Positions 31,133-41,373 of a stretch of DNA of 64,000 bases are shown here, in pieces; the first letter of the stretch is position 1, and each line of letters begins with the position of its first letter. The notes under the pieces are model-generated. The model did not search any database and was not told where the DNA came from. It saw only the letters and a program-made list of their open reading frames with translations. Origin of the DNA: Candidatus Nomurabacteria bacterium (GTDB lineage Bacteria > Patescibacteriota > Minisyncoccia > Phycocordibacterales > UBA5272); assembly GCA_028286645.1 (NCBI GenBank), contig JAQBRF010000002.1:186518-250517 (forward strand), written 5' to 3'. The position numbers and the translations under genes were made by a program.

Positions 31133-32503
31133 ATGGAAAACCAACCGCCAAATGAAGTCTCTAAGATAAATACTCCGGACTCCTCAGTTAATGAAAAGGC
31201 TATTGAAGAATATTTGATTAGCCTAAATGCAGACGAACGAAGACTCGCTCTAGAATTGGTTATAGAAGCAAAGGGAGATATATCTAAAATTGGCGCAATT
31301 TACGATAAAGCCAGCGTATATATAAAATCAATATTAGGAGCAGTAGTTTTTGCTACGGCTATGCAAGGAGATGTCCCAAAGACAGAACATTTACAGGCTC
31401 ATGGTTTAGAATTAGCGGATGACGTTGAAGCATTAAGGAAAGAAATAAAATCTATAACAGATTTTGATTTTATAGAAATGGCAAATAGTAATAGTAGAGT
31501 TGCCACGCTAATGAAGGCTGAGACTCCGAGCCAATTAACAATTGTCCACCTTGGACAATCTCATAAGACAGATATAGAAACAAATGATGCAAATAGTTAT
31601 GAAATAATTCAAAGCCAAAAACAGATTTCCAGAATATTGTCATCTTTTGCAGTTCCCGCTACGCGTGTTTTTGTTGAAGGGTACTATGAAGAGACAATGA
31701 AAGCCGTAGAAGATGTAGTGAGTATTTCAAACAAATTTGAGGCTCTGGATTCATTTACTGATATTGCATACGAATATTATTATTTTATTCAATCCTATCA
31801 AACCACTGAATCTATCGCAGTTATAAACAAAATAGTTTCTGATAAATTAAATAAAATTGGCTTTAAAGAAATTTTACCGCTTCAATTAAGCAACGGTAAG
31901 GACAAGTTATCGTTAGTTGCTCCAGCAAATCTTCCTACCAAGTCTTCTTTTTCTACTGATTCTGAAAGTCATGCATTGCTAAATGGATCAAGCGTATTGC
32001 TTAATACAAAAGGTGTTATACAGATGATGCCCGCGGAAACAGAGCGCGGGAGCATTAACCCATTCATGATGACCGATGTCCTTAAAGAAAAGGGAAAGAA
32101 GTTAGGAGAGATACTTTTAACTATTAATCCGAAAGTTTATAAATATACAGCAGATAATATTCTCCCTGAGATTTCGGCATTTTCTTCATATGAGATTACA
32201 CAACTAACCCAGGGAGATAATTGTCAGAAGAATGTAAAATGCCAAATGCTAGCAAAAGAAATATTGGAAAATGATATCCCTAAAATCTCTACAGCTATTT
32301 ATGAGGATAGAGAGAATGTGGCAATAGAGCAAATAGCAAAATATGCTAAAAGTGGTCAAAAAGTTATACCTCTTGTATTTGGACAAGGGCATGACTTTAC
32401 TGGAGCGGTTGTAAAGTGGAATAAATCTCATCCTGATAAGCAATTTAACTTGATAACCATCAAACCGCCTTCTTTTGCTTATGGCCCCAGCACATCCCAG
32501 TAA
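31133..32503 (+). CDS. Hypothetical protein
   Basis: Long ORF, likely start MENQ at 31133; motifs HLGQSH, VFVEG, RE..A and LVFGQGHDF suggest a TraB/ChaN-like metal-binding fold (inference). Confidence 0.7.
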   Translation: MENQPPNEVSKINTPDSSVNEKAIEEYLISLNADERRLALELVIEAKGDISKIGAIYDKASVYIKSILGAVVFATAMQGDVPKTEHLQAHGLELADDVEALRKEIKSITDFDFIEMANSNSRVATLMKAETPSQLTIVHLGQSHKTDIETNDANSYEIIQSQKQISRILSSFAVPATRVFVEGYYEETMKAVEDVVSISNKFEALDSFTDIAYEYYYFIQSYQTTESIAVINKIVSDKLNKIGFKEILPLQLSNGKDKLSLVAPANLPTKSSFSTDSESHALLNGSSVLLNTKGVIQMMPAETERGSINPFMMTDVLKEKGKKLGEILLTINPKVYKYTADNILPEISAFSSYEITQLTQGDNCQKNVKCQMLAKEILENDIPKISTAIYEDRENVAIEQIAKYAKSGQKVIPLVFGQGHDFTGAVVKWNKSHPDKQFNLITIKPPSFAYGPSTSQ

Positions 32504-32541
32504 ATAAAATGAAGAAGGTAGTATATACTACTTAAATATTT

Positions 32542-33144
32542 ATGGAAAATACTCTGATACTTATCGGCATGTCGGGAATTGGGAAAAGCCATTACTCCAG
32601 ACGGCTAACAGCAAACTATGGTTATAAAGTTCTGGAGGTAGACAAGATGATAGCAGAAGAGCTCGGTAGGCATGATGTATACGATGTAACCAATTTTCTA
32701 GGACACCCTTATAGTGAAGAATATAAAGAAAAATGTAAACAATATTTGGAACTAGAAGAAAAGTTTACAAATATTGCTTTAGATTATGCAGAAGCCCATC
32801 CCGAGGAACTTGTCATCATTGATCCCACAGGAAGCATGGTGTACTTGCCACCAGAGACTCTTGAAAGGTTTGGAAAATTTAACTATACGATTTACCTAGA
32901 CGTTGATGACTCAAAAGTAGGCACGATGGTCGCAAAGTATTTTAATGATCCGAAGCCGGTGATCTGGGGCGAGTTCAATGATTTTACTGAAGATAATTTT
33001 AAAGAAAGAATTTTAGAGCAGTATCCTAAGTTATTAAATAAAAGGCGAGAGTTATATGCCAAGCATAGCAAAATTGTAATCCCATATCGAGATCACGAAG
33101 ATGGATTTTTAGATGTTAAAGAGTGGTTAAATCAACATAAATAA
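32542..33144 (+). CDS. Shikimate-kinase-like P-loop protein
   Basis: Walker A GMSGIGKS, D..I, IDPTGS and R..LY. Confidence 0.75.
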   Translation: MENTLILIGMSGIGKSHYSRRLTANYGYKVLEVDKMIAEELGRHDVYDVTNFLGHPYSEEYKEKCKQYLELEEKFTNIALDYAEAHPEELVIIDPTGSMVYLPPETLERFGKFNYTIYLDVDDSKVGTMVAKYFNDPKPVIWGEFNDFTEDNFKERILEQYPKLLNKRRELYAKHSKIVIPYRDHEDGFLDVKEWLNQHK

Positions 33145-33185
33145 TCATACTTGACAAGAGTTTGGAGGAATGGTAGGGTGCTAAT

Positions 33186-34565
33186 ATGATAAAAGGAATA
33201 AAAAACAGCGCTTTAGCGCTTGCAGTTACAGGATTTTTTATAAGTAATATAGTTTCAGTATCGGCTGCGTATTTTGACAACGCTCCAGCACCTGCTTGCG
33301 GCATCCAAATTACAGGCAGTCTTTCACAAGGCTCTACAAACCCAGAGGTCTATATTTTACAAGGCTTTCTTAAGCAATCGGGATATTTAAATGCTATTCC
33401 TAATGGAACATTTGGAGCTCAAACTAAGCTCGCGGTAAAGTCATTTCAGAGAGATAACGGTATCCAGCCTACTGGATCAGTTGGTCCGGCGACGAGAAAT
33501 GCTATCAATGAAAGAATCTGTGATAGTGACCAGTCTGTCTTAGGAGATGACTATGGATATTCGGGATATTCTGGATACTCCGGATATCAAACAGGAGTTA
33601 CATATGTTGCTCCAAACGATCCGTACGTTAAGGTTATTACTCCTCAAACAAGTAATCCTGCAATTTATTCAAATCCTGGAACAAGCTATGTTTCTTCAAC
33701 ATATCAGTCAACTCCACCCTATACTTCGATTCCTTCATACGCTCCTCCTGTAGTTAATTCAAATTCCTCAGTATTTTCACAAGGCGGAAGTGCAAATATA
33801 ATTTATTCTTCTGCCATTGGTTATACATATGGTCTTACACCTCAGCCAGGATCTCTTACCATAAATAATCCACAGGCTAACACCTCTTACAGAGAAGGGG
33901 ATACAGTATATCTATCTTGGACTACAAATAATTTAACATCAAATAATCAGTTTCAGATCATATTAGAAAGTGTAAATGCCAATCAAAATAAAGTTGTCTC
34001 AGTTACATCTGGAAATAGCGCGTCATTTACCTTGACTAAAGAACTACTTGATTCAATCTGCTCAGGCACATGTGACTACAATTACAATAGCCAAAACGCT
34101 CAATATAAAGTAGTTCTTGCTACTCCGATCACAGATATATCAGGACAGTCATCAATATTTAGAGCAAGTGTTCCTATAAATGTAACAAGACCGTTCTCTT
34201 ATAATGGTACTGCAACTATTTCTCCAAATAAGACGCCGGTAAACAGTGGAGAAGTATTCAGGCTTTACGTAAACACTCCAGCTAATCTGAATAATAGTAA
34301 TTATCTTTACCCAACTCTTACATTTAGATTAAGAGCAATATGCCCATCTAATGTAACTGTAAGTATCGCGGGCGCACAATGTGGAAGCGAGTTTACACTT
34401 CCTTATACTTATTCAAATAATCAGCAGGAAGTTCCAGTTACTATCAACAACGCTGGCTATTATCCTCAAAAAGTAACATTTGAAATCGTTACTTATAACG
34501 GGGGAGTGGAAGTAAGCAAGTCTCAAACAGAAGTATCAGTAAATGGATTATCATTTAGCTACTAG
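33186..34565 (+). CDS. Secreted peptidoglycan-binding Ser/Thr-rich protein
   Basis: Signal peptide, PG_binding_1 (LQGFL..GYL...G.FG..T..AVK.FQ) and Ig-like Y..GD.V.LSW domain. Confidence 0.85.
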   Translation: MIKGIKNSALALAVTGFFISNIVSVSAAYFDNAPAPACGIQITGSLSQGSTNPEVYILQGFLKQSGYLNAIPNGTFGAQTKLAVKSFQRDNGIQPTGSVGPATRNAINERICDSDQSVLGDDYGYSGYSGYSGYQTGVTYVAPNDPYVKVITPQTSNPAIYSNPGTSYVSSTYQSTPPYTSIPSYAPPVVNSNSSVFSQGGSANIIYSSAIGYTYGLTPQPGSLTINNPQANTSYREGDTVYLSWTTNNLTSNNQFQIILESVNANQNKVVSVTSGNSASFTLTKELLDSICSGTCDYNYNSQNAQYKVVLATPITDISGQSSIFRASVPINVTRPFSYNGTATISPNKTPVNSGEVFRLYVNTPANLNNSNYLYPTLTFRLRAICPSNVTVSIAGAQCGSEFTLPYTYSNNQQEVPVTINNAGYYPQKVTFEIVTYNGGVEVSKSQTEVSVNGLSFSY

Positions 34566-34600
34566 TTAGACTAGGTTTTAGACCAGAGACATTGGATTAA

Positions 34601-34635
34601 AGACAAAGGCGGCTCATACGGTGCCGCCTTTGTCT
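34601..34635 (+). terminator. Terminator-like hairpin
   Basis: Inverted repeat AGACAAAGGCGGC / GCCGCCTTTGTCT. Confidence 0.75.
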
Positions 34636-34756
34636 TGTTAATAAGATTGATCACTTTTCAATTATAAGATATATACTTGTATTAGAAATTATTAATTTAG
34701 AAAAAAGAATTTTAATGTGCCAATGACTGACGACTATTGGCTATAGACTATTTATT

Positions 34757-35590
34757 ATGCCTCCACAAGAATCGAACCAAGCTTCCAATCAGCCTACTTC
34801 AGAACCTGTAATTCCTATAGCTTCTATCCCGACTCCAACTTTTACTCCACCACCTGTAGCTCCTACACCTCTACCCACGACACCACCAGTACCCCCAGTT
34901 TCTCCTGTAAATGTGCCTCCAGCTAGTACAGATCCAAAGAAGTCTCACCTCCTTCCTGTGTTACTTGGTATTTTACTTCTTGTGCTTATTGCTGCCGGCG
35001 GATACGCATACTATAAATGGGGACAAGCTCCCGCGGAACAATCTGTAGTAGTGCTCACTCCTCAGCCAGTAAAAGAAGAAAAGAAAGTAGAAGCGATTCC
35101 TACAGTGTCTTCACCCATTTCACTTAGTAGTGGAGGCCTTGGAATAGTGAGCTTCGGATCTTCTACTATAGATGTTATTGCAAAGATCAGTAGTGTTTAT
35201 GGTACCTCAACGAAAGACACTGGGTGGACAAGCAGTTTCTCTACATATGGGACATGCCCAGGAAAACAAATACGAGTAGTTGAATGGGGTAAATTAAAAG
35301 TATTCTTCGGGGATACTGTTTTTGGAAAGCAAAGTTTTTTCCATTATGAATATACAAATAACAGCACTACGACAGTTGGTTCGGGAATAACGACGGGGAC
35401 AGGGCTCACATTAGATGTTTCAGAAGATCTGCTTAAGAATCTTTATCCGACGGCTCAAATTACTACAGATCAAAATAACACACAATGGTTTACTCTTGGA
35501 GTAAATGCCTCCACCACTGCTAGTTTCCTCGGAACTATAAATAACGGGAAAATAGCTTCAATTGCTGGTGGTATACAGTGCGGAGAATAG
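34757..35590 (+). CDS. Pro-rich single-TM surface protein
   Basis: Pro-rich N-terminus, one TM segment and an extracellular domain with two Cys. Confidence 0.75.
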   Translation: MPPQESNQASNQPTSEPVIPIASIPTPTFTPPPVAPTPLPTTPPVPPVSPVNVPPASTDPKKSHLLPVLLGILLLVLIAAGGYAYYKWGQAPAEQSVVVLTPQPVKEEKKVEAIPTVSSPISLSSGGLGIVSFGSSTIDVIAKISSVYGTSTKDTGWTSSFSTYGTCPGKQIRVVEWGKLKVFFGDTVFGKQSFFHYEYTNNSTTTVGSGITTGTGLTLDVSEDLLKNLYPTAQITTDQNNTQWFTLGVNASTTASFLGTINNGKIASIAGGIQCGE

Positions 35591-35758
35591 CTCATAGAGC
35601 TTCTAGTTTACTTATCTATTAGAATATGATAGTATTTTAGAACTGTCTGTAATCCGTGTATCTCCGCAAGTTTTAAACACACGTTTAGAATTTACGGACA
35701 TAAGCGCGATATTCAGATGGCATAATTCCGTAAATCCTTACGGTAACTAATTATATAA

Positions 35759-35944
35759 ATGGCAAAAACATCAACCATCGCAAGAGCAAATAAGAAGCCT
35801 AAGTTTTCAACACGAAAAGTTAACCGTTGCTTTAAGTGCGGTCGAAAACGAGGATTTATGAGAGATTTCGGTCTTTGCAGAACTTGTTTTAGAGAGCTTG
35901 CAAACGAAGGAATGGTTCCGGGAATTAAGAAAGCCTCATGGTAA
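35759..35944 (+). CDS. rpsZ: 30S ribosomal protein S14, type Z (zinc-binding)
   Basis: 61 aa, RCFKCGR...[14 protein letters not shown]. Confidence 0.97.
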   Translation: MAKTSTIARANKKPKFSTRKVNRCFKCGRKRGFMRDFGLCRTCFRELANEGMVPGIKKASW

Positions 35945-35961
35945 GTAAATAGATAAATTAT

Positions 35962-36345
35962 ATGGATCAAATAGCAAACATGCTTACTTCAATAAAAAAT
36001 GCTGGCCTTGTAAAGAAAGCCACAGTTACTATTCCTTCATCAAAAATGAAGGTGGCAATTTTGGAGCTTTTAAAGCAGGAAGGGTATGTAAAAACATATC
36101 ATGTTACGGATTCTGCTAAGCCTGAGGTAGAAATCGTCTTGGAATACAAGAAAGATGAACCGAAAGTTAAAGGAGTAAAAAGAATTTCTAAGCAATCAAA
36201 GCGTGTCTACACTGGAGTAAAAGATATTACACAGGTTAAGTATGGGTTTGGAATGTCAGTGCTTTCTACCCCAAAAGGTATTTTAAGTGATAAACAAGCC
36301 CGGAAGGAATTGGTCGGAGGCGAAGTGTTATTCACAATTTGGTAA
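35962..36345 (+). CDS. rpsH: 30S ribosomal protein S8
   Basis: DQIANMLT.IKNA, STPKGI, GGEVL..IW. Confidence 0.98.
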   Translation: MDQIANMLTSIKNAGLVKKATVTIPSSKMKVAILELLKQEGYVKTYHVTDSAKPEVEIVLEYKKDEPKVKGVKRISKQSKRVYTGVKDITQVKYGFGMSVLSTPKGILSDKQARKELVGGEVLFTIW

Positions 36346-36352
36346 TAAATAT

Positions 36353-36886
36353 ATGAGCAGAATAGGAAAACTACAAATAAATATACCAACAGGCGTCGAA
36401 GTAAACTTTGACTCATCTTTTGTGCGCGTAAAAGGCCCTAAAGGAGAGCTATCACGTGCTTTGCGCGAAGAAGTTGCTTTCAAGAATGAAAGCGGTGTTA
36501 TAACTTCAGAACCAAGAAGAAACGATAAGTTCTCTCGTGCGCTTTGGGGAACATATATGTCTCATATTAGGAATATGATACAAGGAGTTGTTACTCCATT
36601 TGAAAAGAAGCTTTTAGTGGACGGAGTCGGATTTAAATGGGAAGTAAAAGGAACTAATCTACAGCTATCATTAGGATTCTCACATCCTGTAATTATGCCG
36701 ATTCCTGAAGGTGTTACTGTTACCGCAGAGAAAAACGCGCTTACTATTTCTGGAATCGATAAAGAAGCAGTTGGGTTATTTGCAAACAAAGTACGAAGTA
36801 AAAAGAAGCCTGAACCATATAAGGGTAAAGGAATTCGTTACAGCACAGAAGTTGTTCGTCGTAAGCAGGGTAAGAAATCTGAATAA
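36353..36886 (+). CDS. rplF: 50S ribosomal protein L6
   Basis: MSRIGK start at 36353; KGPKGEL, PEPYKGKGIRY. Confidence 0.98.
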   Translation: MSRIGKLQINIPTGVEVNFDSSFVRVKGPKGELSRALREEVAFKNESGVITSEPRRNDKFSRALWGTYMSHIRNMIQGVVTPFEKKLLVDGVGFKWEVKGTNLQLSLGFSHPVIMPIPEGVTVTAEKNALTISGIDKEAVGLFANKVRSKKKPEPYKGKGIRYSTEVVRRKQGKKSE

Positions 36887-36903
36887 TCCTGTAAGTTAAA
36901 TAT

Positions 36904-37254
36904 ATGAATAAAAATATTAAAACAGAAAAGAGAATAAGGCTACATAAGAAAATCCGTACAAGAGTAGGGGGAACTGGAGAGCGACCGAGACTTGCAGTAT
37001 TCAGATCAAATAAATATATGTATGCTCAGCTTATAGACGACACATTAGGCCAAACCCTTGCTTCGGCATCTGACCTTTCTATTTCTGGAAAAATAAATAA
37101 AGTAGAGCGTGCAAAGACTGTAGGAAAGACCCTTGCAGAAGAAGCAAAGAAGAAAAATATATCTCAAGTAGTTTTTGACCGGGGAGGATTTTCGTACAGA
37201 GGTCGAGTACGAGCATTAGCAGACGCTGCGCGAGAAGGCGGCTTGCAATTTTAA
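36904..37254 (+). CDS. rplR: 50S ribosomal protein L18
   Basis: [27 protein letters not shown]. Confidence 0.98.
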   Translation: MNKNIKTEKRIRLHKKIRTRVGGTGERPRLAVFRSNKYMYAQLIDDTLGQTLASASDLSISGKINKVERAKTVGKTLAEEAKKKNISQVVFDRGGFSYRGRVRALADAAREGGLQF

Positions 37255-37266
37255 TTAAAAATATTT

Positions 37267-37941
37267 ATGGAAGAAAACAAAGAAATCAAAATAGACGCGA
37301 CTCCTACTGTTGTACCAACAGGTAATGTTGCTGTGGCTCAGGAACCACAAGCTAGACAAGTTCGTGGAGCTCGTGGAGGACAGTCTGGAAAGGGTGGCAA
37401 ACAAGGAGGTCGCGGAGGGAGACCTCGCACACCTCGAGAAAAGCCAGAATTTGATAGCAAGACTATCAGTATTCGTCGCGTGACTCGCGTGGTTTCTGGA
37501 GGACGAAGATTTACTCTTTCTGTAGCGCTTGTCGCAGGAGATAGAAATGGCCGTATTGGTCTTGGAACTGGAAAATCACTAGATACTCAGGTCGCTATTG
37601 AAAAAGCTTTGAAAGCTGCGAAGAAGAATATGATTCGTTTAAGATTAAACAAGAACAAGTCCCTTCCTCATGACATTGATGCCAAGTTCAAGTCATCACG
37701 CGTTATGATCATGCCGAACAAGGCTCGCGGATTAATTGCTGGATCTTCTGCTCGTACTATTTTATCTCTTGCTGGAGTAAACAATGTTACTGCAAAGTTT
37801 TATTCAGGAACAAAAAATAAGTTAAATAATGCTCGTGCAACCATGAAAGCTCTACAAGAGATTGCTTATGCTCACGGTGAAGCGCCTGTCGAAGTTGCGA
37901 AGATTCCTGAAGCGCCAGTTGAAGCAGCAGTTAAATCATAA
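37267..37941 (+). CDS. rpsE: 30S ribosomal protein S5
   Basis: RVTRVVSGGRRF, VAGD.NG.IG.G.GK. Confidence 0.97.
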   Translation: MEENKEIKIDATPTVVPTGNVAVAQEPQARQVRGARGGQSGKGGKQGGRGGRPRTPREKPEFDSKTISIRRVTRVVSGGRRFTLSVALVAGDRNGRIGLGTGKSLDTQVAIEKALKAAKKNMIRLRLNKNKSLPHDIDAKFKSSRVMIMPNKARGLIAGSSARTILSLAGVNNVTAKFYSGTKNKLNNARATMKALQEIAYAHGEAPVEVAKIPEAPVEAAVKS

Positions 37942-37952
37942 TTAAAAAATTT

Positions 37953-38480
37953 ATGCAGATACATGAAATAAAACGCGTTCACGCGCTTAAGAAAGGAAAA
38001 CTCGTTGCTCGTGGAGGCAAGCGCGGTAAGACTGCCGGAAAGGGTGGAAAGGGACAGACAGCTCGTGCTGGTCACAGAGTTCGTCCTGCAATGAGAGATA
38101 TCATCAAGAAGCTTCCTAAGTTAAGAGGCCATAGCAAAAATCGTGCCAAGTCAGTATTTTACAGAGGATTAGAAGCTGTAGTTAATGTACGCGAGCTTAA
38201 TGTATTTAAGGCTGGAGAAGTAGTAACTCCTACATCACTAGTTGCGCAAGGATTAATTGGAGATAAGTTTGGTAAGAATCCAAAAGTAAAGATTCTAGGT
38301 ACTGGAGAAATCAGCGTGGCCCTCACTATTGAAAGATGCGACCTATCAACTTCTGCTCGCGAAAAAATTGTAAAAGCAGGGGGAATAGTTCCAGAGATAA
38401 AAGTAGAAGAAGTTAAAGAAAAGAAAGAAAAGCCAGTAAAAGTGGCAAAAGCTAAACCCGCTAAATCAAAGAAGAAATAA
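37953..38480 (+). CDS. rplO: 50S ribosomal protein L15
   Basis: GKTAGKG.KGQTARAG, VKILG.G. Confidence 0.96.
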   Translation: MQIHEIKRVHALKKGKLVARGGKRGKTAGKGGKGQTARAGHRVRPAMRDIIKKLPKLRGHSKNRAKSVFYRGLEAVVNVRELNVFKAGEVVTPTSLVAQGLIGDKFGKNPKVKILGTGEISVALTIERCDLSTSAREKIVKAGGIVPEIKVEEVKEKKEKPVKVAKAKPAKSKKK

Positions 38481-38550
38481 CAAAAATCCGCCATTGAGCG
38501 GACTTTTTGTTCCTTGACGCTCAAAGCCAAGGGAGTACACTTTATAGCAT

Positions 38551-39198
38551 ATGAAATTTAATCAAGATCCAAGCAAACCTGAGGCTGGAATAGAGGCGGT
38601 TATAGAAAGCGGAGAATTCCCGGAAACTCAAGAAGAGCGAGAGGCTAGATTGGGACAATTGAGGATGGATGAAACTCTACATGAGGCGCATGTTGAAGCA
38701 AGTATAGAAGATCAAAAAGCAAGATTCCAGAAATATAAGCAAGAAGCGGAAGAAAAATTATCTAAGCTCAGTAGTAATGATTCATATAAATATGTTATAG
38801 GAGATAAGTACAGTCCTTTCTATACTTTCTTTTATTCATTGCAGGGAAAGCCTTTAGAATTAGGAGAAGGGGGAAGATTTATAATTGCCAACTTAGAAGA
38901 AATAAAAGCATTAGCTAAAAAAGGATTAGCAATTTATTATCAGGCTCTAAAAGAAAATCCCCCGACACAAAAAGAAGTCATCAATGATAGCATGCCTCAT
39001 TTAGCAAGAGCAATCAGTAATGATCTTTTAGCAGAGAGAACTTTGAAAGGTAATAATGACCCCAAGGAGTACTATCACATTCTCGATGAAGAAGATTACA
39101 GAAAATTGCGTTTTCTCGGAGATCAAGGCGGACATAATAGCGAAGAAAGAGATAGAGAAAAATATCTCACGACACTAGAATTTATAAAAAAGCTATAG
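38551..39198 (+). CDS. Hypothetical charged protein
   Basis: 215-aa ORF with its own TTGACG/TACACT promoter. Confidence 0.7.
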   Translation: MKFNQDPSKPEAGIEAVIESGEFPETQEEREARLGQLRMDETLHEAHVEASIEDQKARFQKYKQEAEEKLSKLSSNDSYKYVIGDKYSPFYTFFYSLQGKPLELGEGGRFIIANLEEIKALAKKGLAIYYQALKENPPTQKEVINDSMPHLARAISNDLLAERTLKGNNDPKEYYHILDEEDYRKLRFLGDQGGHNSEERDREKYLTTLEFIKKL

Positions 39199-39211
39199 TT
39201 ATTTATTTACT

Positions 39212-39354
39212 ATGAGCTTCAATGAACTTCCTCAGAAAGAGAAAGAATGAAGGATGAGGCAGATATCATTTTTGGTGAAGATGTCATAGAAGAAAGCATT
39301 AAATATATGAAAGAAAAGAGTTCCCTTGTAGAAGCTAATAAACTTTCTGATTGA
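39212..39354 (+). pseudogene. Possible frameshifted small ORF remnant
   Basis: MSFNELPQKEKE* overlaps MKDEADIIFGEDV... in another frame across an A/G-rich tract. Confidence 0.3.
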
Positions 39355-39427
39355 TCTGAAAGAAGCGCATGCAGAAGGCTAAAAGCTACTGGCTAGAAGC
39401 TACTTTTAGTGTTATAATACCTAAATT

Positions 39428-40696
39428 ATGAATACAATCAAGGCTATTTTTACTGATAGAGTTCTCCGAGGCCGTATTATTTTCGTTATTGCTATCCTTA
39501 TCCTTACTCGCATACTAGCCGCTATTCCAATTCCTGGGGTGACTCCAGCGGATATCGCAGGATTTCTAGGAAACAGCTCAAGTGGCATATTTGGGCTTTT
39601 AAACATATTTTCAGGAGGAGGACTTTCTACATTTTCTATAGTGATGCTTTCCGTAGGTCCATATATTACATCTTCCATTATTATGCAACTAGGAACAGTG
39701 CTCTCGCCTCGTCTTAAAGAGATGTATCAAGAAGAAGGGGAAACAGGCAGAAGAAAGTTCGTACAATACGGACGTATTCTTACACTTCCATTTGCGTTGA
39801 TCCAAGGATATGCGCTTCTGACTCTTTTAATGAGACAGGGCCATATTCCTCATTTAACTACTCCGATGCTTGTAACAAATTTAATGATTATTACTGCAGG
39901 AACCATGCTCATGATGTGGCTTGGAGAACAGATTAACGAAAGAGGTATCGGAAATGGAGTATCATTAATAATTTTCGCCGGAATAGTAGCAGCGCTTCCT
40001 CAAAAGCTAAGCCAATTTTTCATCACATTTGATGTGTCTCAAATACCAATGGTAGTGGGACTGCTTATTCTTTCTCTTATAGTTATAGCTGGGGTTGTAT
40101 ATGTTACAGAGGCAGAGCGCCCTATCCCAGTGACATACGCTCGGCAGTCCAGAATAGGCAGCGGCGGAACTCTTACTCAGTCTACATATTTACCCCTCCG
40201 GCTTAATCAAGCAGGAGTAATACCTATAATTTTCGCAGTCTCTATTCTTCTTTTCCCGCAGCTTATAGCCCAGCTATTAGTTACTTCAAGCAGCGCAGGG
40301 CTTCAAACAGTTGCTCGGGAGGTGATTAATTTATTAGGGAACATCTGGATCTATGGAGCGATTTATTTCTTGCTTGTAGTTGCGTTTACATACTTTTATA
40401 CAGCGGTCATGTTTGACCCTGAAAAGACATCAGAGAATTTGCAGAAGAATGGCGCATTCGTTCCAGGATTCCGTCCAGGAGCTGCTACGGCGGATTACAT
40501 CGGTTATGTACTAGCACGAGTCACTTTGTTCGGAGCAGTATTCTTAGGAGTAGTAGCGGTGCTTCCTGTGGTAGTTCAAGGAATTACTGGATTAACTGCT
40601 GCAACGATTGGTGGAACATCGCTTCTGATTGTGGTGAGTGTGGTATTGGATCTTATCAAGAAAATCGACGCGCAGCTTTCAATGAAGGAATACTAG
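39428..40696 (+). CDS. secY: Preprotein translocase SecY
   Basis: PYITSSIIMQL, GIGNGVSLIIFAGI, AGVIPIIFA, GGTSLLIVV. Confidence 0.99.
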   Translation: MNTIKAIFTDRVLRGRIIFVIAILILTRILAAIPIPGVTPADIAGFLGNSSSGIFGLLNIFSGGGLSTFSIVMLSVGPYITSSIIMQLGTVLSPRLKEMYQEEGETGRRKFVQYGRILTLPFALIQGYALLTLLMRQGHIPHLTTPMLVTNLMIITAGTMLMMWLGEQINERGIGNGVSLIIFAGIVAALPQKLSQFFITFDVSQIPMVVGLLILSLIVIAGVVYVTEAERPIPVTYARQSRIGSGGTLTQSTYLPLRLNQAGVIPIIFAVSILLFPQLIAQLLVTSSSAGLQTVAREVINLLGNIWIYGAIYFLLVVAFTYFYTAVMFDPEKTSENLQKNGAFVPGFRPGAATADYIGYVLARVTLFGAVFLGVVAVLPVVVQGITGLTAATIGGTSLLIVVSVVLDLIKKIDAQLSMKEY

Positions 40697-40741
40697 TTTT
40701 TCCATGGTCAGATAAGTGATTTTCTGTGTTAGTATTATTCC

Positions 40742-41338
40742 ATGGATAAACAATTCTTTATTTTAATAGGACGGTCGGGGAGTGGAAAAGGAACGCAGGC
40801 TGATTCGCTAAAGGCTTATTTAGAAAAAAAGGGGGCGTCCAAGGTTATACATATAACTACCGGTGGAGCTTTTAGAAAGTTTATAGAAGGGGAAACACAT
40901 GCGGGGAAATTGGCTAAAGAAATTACCAATAGCGGAGGATTGCTTCCAGAATTTCTCGCAGTATGGAATTGGTCAAATATTTTTATTGAAAGCATCGAAG
41001 GGAATGAAACTATATTACTCGACGGTGCACCACGGCGCATGGTGGAAGTTGAAGCTATTCATAGCGCACTTCATTTCTTTGGATATGATCATGCAACTGT
41101 CGTATATATTGATGTAAGTGAAAGCTGGGCATTAGACAAGCTATCTTCACGAGGCAGAGAAGATGACGCCAGCTTAGAAGACACAAGAAAGAAGATGGAA
41201 TGGTTTAATGAAGATGTATTGCCAGTGCTAGATCACTATTCCCGTGATCCACTTTTTAAATATATCCATGTAAATGGCGAGCAGACAGTAGAAGAAGTTC
41301 ATAATGAAATTGTTGCTAAATTAGAGGTATTGAATTAG
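40742..41338 (+). CDS. adk: Adenylate kinase family (short, LID-less)
   Basis: GRSGSGKGTQA, LDGAPR and R.DD; lies after secY. Confidence 0.88.
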   Translation: MDKQFFILIGRSGSGKGTQADSLKAYLEKKGASKVIHITTGGAFRKFIEGETHAGKLAKEITNSGGLLPEFLAVWNWSNIFIESIEGNETILLDGAPRRMVEVEAIHSALHFFGYDHATVVYIDVSESWALDKLSSRGREDDASLEDTRKKMEWFNEDVLPVLDHYSRDPLFKYIHVNGEQTVEEVHNEIVAKLEVLN

Positions 41339-41373
41339 TATTACCATTAGCTAATTACCCATCGCTTTTATTT

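Noticed and set aside
33555-33590. 9-bp tandem repeat encoding GYS x3
   Set aside because: In-frame low-complexity linker with no sign of a wider system.
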